A DNA stretch of 64,000 nucleotides from Raillietiella orientalis (lineage: Eukaryota), in assembly GCA_036172245.1 (NCBI GenBank), contig JAYWIR010000043.1, forward strand, positions 806,001-870,000. Reading direction: 5' to 3'. Made by a program: the position numbers and the translations under genes. The notes below the pieces were generated by a model, which worked only from the letters and a program-made list of their open reading frames with translations, ran no database searches and was not told the origin of the DNA. This document shows, piece by piece, positions 58,661 to 64,000 of the stretch. The number at the start of each line of letters is the position of its first letter. Position 1 is the stretch's first letter.

Positions 58661-61500
58661 TGAAGATCGGATCCGGAATCATCCTGAGGATCGCTGGTGA
58701 GGCTTGTCCACTGGGTCCACTGGGAAGATCAGGTGGGCAAGGGGATCTTTCGGGTGAGGTCGGTGGAGGAGGCGCTTCTTCCCTCCGACCCGGGCCTGAA
58801 GACGCCGCTGGGCGCGCGCATCCCAAGGACTATGCTATTCTCCCGCAGGACAGGAGACGTCCTCTAGAAGAATACCGGAGAGAAGGGGGTCGTTCCAGTT
58901 CCCTGAGGAAGGAGAGGAACACGAAGTGATGGGACAGGAGAGGCGGAGGGTGCAGCGTGCCCTCGAATGGGAGGAGCACCGATTGGACCTCGCCCGATCT
59001 TGACGATGGCCGCTCCCGGGATAGCTGCCCCCTCCGCAAAGAGGATCCCACACTCCCTGAGTAGAGATCGGTTTGTAGGGGCGATCTCGGAAGTCCAGGG
59101 GACCCAGGTCGATCTCCTGGAGGCATTGACGCCCTTCTCCTGTCGGCGTCGCTCGGATCCCCATTTTTGATGGGGAGGGGAGCATCCCTCCGTACCAGCT
59201 TGCGAGAGGAGAAGGAGGTGCCCCCTGGCGATCCGAAAGACTGCGCTCGCCTATGAAGGCGAAGCCCCCCATCCGGCCGGGGTACCCTCGGAACCGTCTC
59301 GGAGAGGAAAAACTCGGATCCTGCCAGCTCTGCGCGCGAGCGTGCTCCAGGAAGGTCAGTCCTCAAGTAGCGGTCTGCGAAGGACCGCAGAATCCAAGCA
59401 TCGGCTTCCTTGCTTTCCCTTCCACCCTCCGCTGGGCAATCCCAGGACGTCCTTCGGTGGAAGAGGCGTCCTAACGGGATCAGTTCTGGACTCCTGGCTT
59501 CCCGAAGGAAACCTGGCTGCCGTTTCCCACGACGACCGAATTTCTCAAAGAGGGAAAGCGTCGCTCCCTCTCCACTCGGCCCTGCATCCGTATGACTCCC
59601 AGTTTTCAGACATTTTCTCGTTTCCCTTGGGACTTGGATCCTGCTAGCCGCTGGGCCTTCTCCGGGAGGGCAAAGAGTGCGTGGAATTTCGAAGGCATCC
59701 AAGGAGTGGCAGCATGAAGACAGGGGCACCCAGCGAGGGACCGGGTGTTTTCTAACATTCCTCTGCTCCCGTGCTTCTCGGGTGCCACATTTGACCCCGC
59801 GGAGCAGCAGCTGTCGAGTCGCCCTGGGAGGCAGTTTTCGGCGACAGAGTTGAGGCGGTCTTCCTCGACTGCTCCTGAGGAGGACCAGACGAGGCTTCAG
59901 GAACCTCCGGGGACTGGCCGCGCGCCGTGGGGCACACTTTCTCCCTTCTCTCTTTTCCTTCCTTCTCCCTATATTCCTCGCCAGGAATCTTTTGTCCCCC
60001 TCTCTTTCCCTCATCCCTCCTCAACTTCTCTGTTCAGGGGGACGAATTGTAGGGAGCAGCAATCTGAGAGTGTTCCCTAGGCGATAGAGGAAGTAAGAGG
60101 AGAAGGAACAAAACCAGAACTTGTGTCCCGGGGAGGTGCAGTGATCCCAACGAGCGTTCTTCCCCCTTGTCCCAAGACCGTCCCTAGAAGCTGGCCTTGG
60201 TTAGCTCCTCGTTCTTGCGGTTTATTTCCTCTCTCGAGGTCCAAAGAGGGAGGAGAAAGTTGGCCAACGTGTCGATGCTTAAAAGAACTGAATTTATATG
60301 GTATTTTTTCCGTTTCCGCACTTCAGGAATCGGGAACTGCCCCCTCCCAGGTCTCATTTTCCCTCCTCTCCACTTCAAGGGTTATTTCTTCTTTCCGTGC
60401 GGATTCGTCGAGCCTGCCTTCTCAGAAGGAAATTCCCTTTCGGTTCCGTCGCCTTCTTCTTATTCTTCACTTCCCACCCCCTTTCCTCCCTCCCATGTCC
60501 TAAAGTCAAAATCCCCTCCGCGGTCCTGGGAGGATTCCAACCCTTTCCTCTTTCGCGGGGATAGTCTCTTCGCGCTCGACAAGAACATGAGAGCCTTCCA
60601 TCCTCGTTCTCCCTGCAAGAGGGAACCTTTCCAGGATCAGCTTCTGGTCAAGACAAGAACCTCCCCTAAGACGTTGAGCAGCATCTACGCACTTCAGCAT
60701 GATTCCCGTCTTCTTCCTCATGGCGGGGGAGGAAAGGAGGGAGGAGGGAGGAAAGAGAAGGAAAAAGATCCATCGAATCATTCCATTCTCCCTCTGTTTT
60801 GTCCAGCACGTTTTCCTCCCACATCTTCCAGCTAGGGGAAGAAGGGATTAGGCACTCCTTCCTGACCGTGGGAAAATGCATCCTGAATTTCTGGCACATC
60901 CTCGTTCCCAGCCCTCCGCGCTCCTCTTGAAGGAAGGGAGTAAGAAGTCTCACAGATGTAGATAGTTAGGGGGTTCCCAGGTTGGACCTCGGCACCTCAT
61001 GGAGCGTTCCCTCGGACGGATCGAATCCGTAGCTGGAAGGCTCCAGTCTCATCTGGGAGGTTTCACGAGCGGAATCCCAGCATGCTCCGGAATCATCCTG
61101 GGGGCATCTTGAATTCCTGGGCTGGCCTATCGACTCTTCCAGCCTTCCGCTGCGCTGCCAGCTCACCTTCATCTTGCTACCTGAGCACCGGGATCGACCC
61201 TTGGAAAGAGGGAGCCTTGTTGCTGCTCAGGAAGAACCCCCAAGGAATTAACTCACCACTCAACTTCAGAAAAACCTCCCGCTCTTCGGAATATAGCAGT
61301 GCTGGAGACTCGCGCCGCAAAGATGATGATGCTCCGTCTCCTTGGAGGCGCTTCCAAGACCACACCCTGAAGGAGGGTCACGTCGCAGCCACCGCCGATT
61401 TTCCATCTCTGAGAGCAGCAGCTGTGTCAAGATGGAAGGAAGGGGGTTGCAACCACCGCCCTCCAAAGAAGCCGCTGGCTACCCCTATCGCCTTCTTGTG
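58440..61500 (+). mobile_element. Decayed LINE ORF2 relic (APE and RT)
   Basis: GIFCPAP...IILRIAGEAC...GRSGGQG is APE-like. PRSWEDSNPFLFRGD...KNMRAFHPRSPCKREPFQDQLLVK resembles P..WK.A....K.G...NYRPISL.S...K.FE.IL..R, followed by LQHDSRLLPHG. Weaker downstream RT motifs extend to about 61450. Confidence 0.4.
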
Positions 61501-64000
61501 AAAAGTGGCTAAGCGGCCCAAGTGACTTCAGGGTAGCTGCAGGCGGATTCGGTCGTGACCAGTAAGGCGACCCAGCTTCTCCCCTCGCACCCTCTTCCGA
61601 TATGGACCCTCGGGAATCGGGAACACTGCCGTGAGAGATGGATCGGCGCCCATCCCTTTCCTGTTCCTTTATCGGCACTCTCTTCCCGCCCTCTGTTGTC
61701 TCCCCCCGTGCTGTCCTCATGATTTTTTTCACTTCCGCAGTCGGATGACCTCTTCTCCTGGTCAGTGTCATTCTTTCATTCGACTGGAAATGGCTCTGTG
61801 CATCCCGATAGGAGGGGATCCGGCGCTCCACGTCCTCACGCATCTCGGTGCACCTCGCAGGGCGAGGGCGCCTACGATCGCACCCACGGGCACCTCACTA
61901 AAGCTCCTGTGCGGGCCTGCTCTCGCTCTCCTACTTCCTGGATCGTGCAGCGCAAGTGCTTCCGGCAGAAGCTGAGCCAACGGGAAGACGGGACGGGTCG
62001 ACAGGGCCACCATAGAGGCAAGGGCTGGACGGCGCCAGTAGGTCTGAATGCCTCCATCCTCGGAGAACGAGGAGCGAGAGTCCCTGCTGTCTCCTGCTCG
62101 AGCATGGAGAAACGGGAAGAGCAGCACGTTGAGGACAGAAGATCCCGAATTTCGGCTGAAGCTGGAGGAACGCCCAGAAAGGACCAAACCGGAAGAGCCA
62201 CCTCCTCCTTTTCTGCCCTTCCTCCTCTGCCTCCCTTTTCGCACTCCCTTCATCCCGATCGGGACTTTCAGGACTTGACATCTACCAGTCCGCTGCTCCT
62301 TCCTCCCCCTCGCAGTCTCTCCTGCATGACCGGAAGCCGACGGGGGGACAGACATTCTTCTTCTCTGTGGCTCGCTGCCCTCGCTCCAGGCACCGCGAGC
62401 ATCCCCGCTTCCTCCCCTTTTCGCTGTGGCGCTGTCTGGAGTCACCTGCAGGAGAAGCTTTCCCCAGCTGCCCCTCATGGCAAGTAGCATTCCTCTTGTG
62501 ATCCGGGAGGCATGCCTGAGGCGGCGACGACCCGCAGCCTCGTGGCACTGCCGAGTGGGTACCGATGCTCCGCATCTCCTGCTCCTACTCCATCGCGGTA
62601 CCCTGCCTCCAGAGCCACCTTGCATCTGAAGCTACGGCAGGAGCGACATCTTCCGGTCTTTCCCTACCCTCCTCGAGAGGTTTTTGGCTCCCGGAGTCTT
62701 GGGGGAGGCGAGAGAGGGAGAGATGTGTGGCGCTGGAAGCTGCTGGCGCTCCGTGACCACGCGAAGCTGTCCCTTCTTGCGCAGAGCATCTTCAGCGATG
62801 AGTGTCCTATCCGTCTCCTCCCTTTCGCCTCCCACAATTCCTCCATCATTCGTTCCTGAGTGGAGGCTTTCGGTCTGGAGCTTGGCGGCCTTCCCTATTG
62901 CGTTCGATGCGCTTTCAGTGAGAATGCCTCCCGATCCCCCCATCCTGCCGAGCGCAGAGGGAGACGCTGATCAGGTTGCAAGGGGCGGGGTCTCCACCTC
63001 CACGTGCTAAGAGACCCCCTCCTCCTTACGTTTCCGTGGGAAGCGGGGTGGGAAGAAAGAGCACGAGAAAGAATCTCGTCCCGTTCGCTTGGCAACCCTG
63101 AAAGACACCTTCCCTTGCCTAGGAAATACGCGAACGCAGGGCGTCCCCGTCGCCAAGAAACCGGAACGTTTGAAAGGATGGAGACAATGCGATGTTTTTT
63201 TTTTCCTTTTTTTTTTTCTTTCCTTCCTGCGCTCTTCCGGCTCGGGGAGGGAGGGGGGGGGGGAAGAGAGAGCACTCGGAACCCGCATCACCTATTCCGG
63301 TTTCCCGCACGCCTGCTGAAGAGTCTCGGGAGACCCGGAGCGGATGAGGAGGAAGAAAAGGGTCAGGAGTGGGGAGAGCGAGGGAGGGAAGGTGCAGGCG
63401 GCGGGATGCCGGGGTCCACCGGAGTCTCGAGCGCGCTGACGCTGGAGACGGCTGCTCTGAGAGCGAGTCGTGCTCCGGGCAACGATCCCAACCCTCTTCC
63501 CTGACCCTGATCTCGAGGCGGCGGCGGAGGAGGACGAGGACGATGTTTTCTTTGCTTCCGTGGCCCAAAAGAGCCCCTGACTGCTGGATGGGTTCAGAAC
63601 GACGGTCCTTCCTCCCCCTCTTCCTTTTGAAGGAGACTGTCGAGTGGCGGTGTGCTCCGGGAGGAGGAGGTGGGGTGAAATAGGTCAGTCGACGAGTCGC
63701 AGCGACGAAAGGACTCGAACCCGGTCGCGCCGGGACGTTTATTAGGAAGGGGGGAACGAACAAACCACAAGTAGGAGGGGAAGAAGGGAATTCCCTCAAA
63801 AAAAAAAACAAGAAATGCCAAAGAAAAAGAAGTTCCTAAGGGTGACCGCCGGCACGCAGGCTAACCTAGAAGAAGCAGGGGACGGAGGAAGGGGACAATA
63901 AACAAATAAATAAAAAGACGGGAGTGCAGGCACAGGGGTCTTTGGCATGAGACGTTCCTTGTCTTCCAGAAGTGGCTGTGGATGGTGGCGATGTCCCCGG

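Noticed and set aside
43000..64000. Many long ORFs (300-518 aa, e.g. 51503-53059, 58830-60014, 44289-45419, 50178-51275)
   Set aside because: They are low-complexity R/P/G/S-rich translations overlapping in several frames on both strands, with no intact domain. This is expected from stop-codon scarcity in very GC-rich DNA.

Overview
Eukaryotic, most likely arthropod, genomic DNA. The clue is the MESPQMYD N-terminus and [25 protein letters not shown] bZIP, which match the arthropod Slbo-type C/EBP. Only two genes are well supported, both on the + strand and about 31 kb apart: a small C/EBP-gamma (Irbp18-like) bZIP gene at 10851-11135, and an intronless C/EBP alpha/beta-type (slbo-like) gene at 41720-42559. 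The gamma gene lies in a sharply bounded AT-rich, CpG-poor domain (about 8.9-15.9 kb). The slbo-like gene has a recognisable core promoter, one out-of-frame uORF and AU-rich 3' elements, and sits in very GC/CpG-rich DNA. Most of the rest is heavily decayed transposon sequence, recognised only from blurred protein motifs with approximate boundaries: Tx1/L1-clade LINEs, at least six Ty3/Gypsy-type pol relics, APE-type LINE fragments and one IS3-like DDE relic. There are also microsatellites and a few motif clusters that may be enhancers. The many long ORFs in the GC-rich half look like compositional artefacts. I found no prokaryotic features, CRISPR arrays, rRNA or intact transposons, and no clearly new biological system. 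The best leads are the CEBPG-C/EBP linkage that echoes vertebrate CEBPA-CEBPG, the vertebrate-like uORF layout, and an ambiguous U1-like folded segment.
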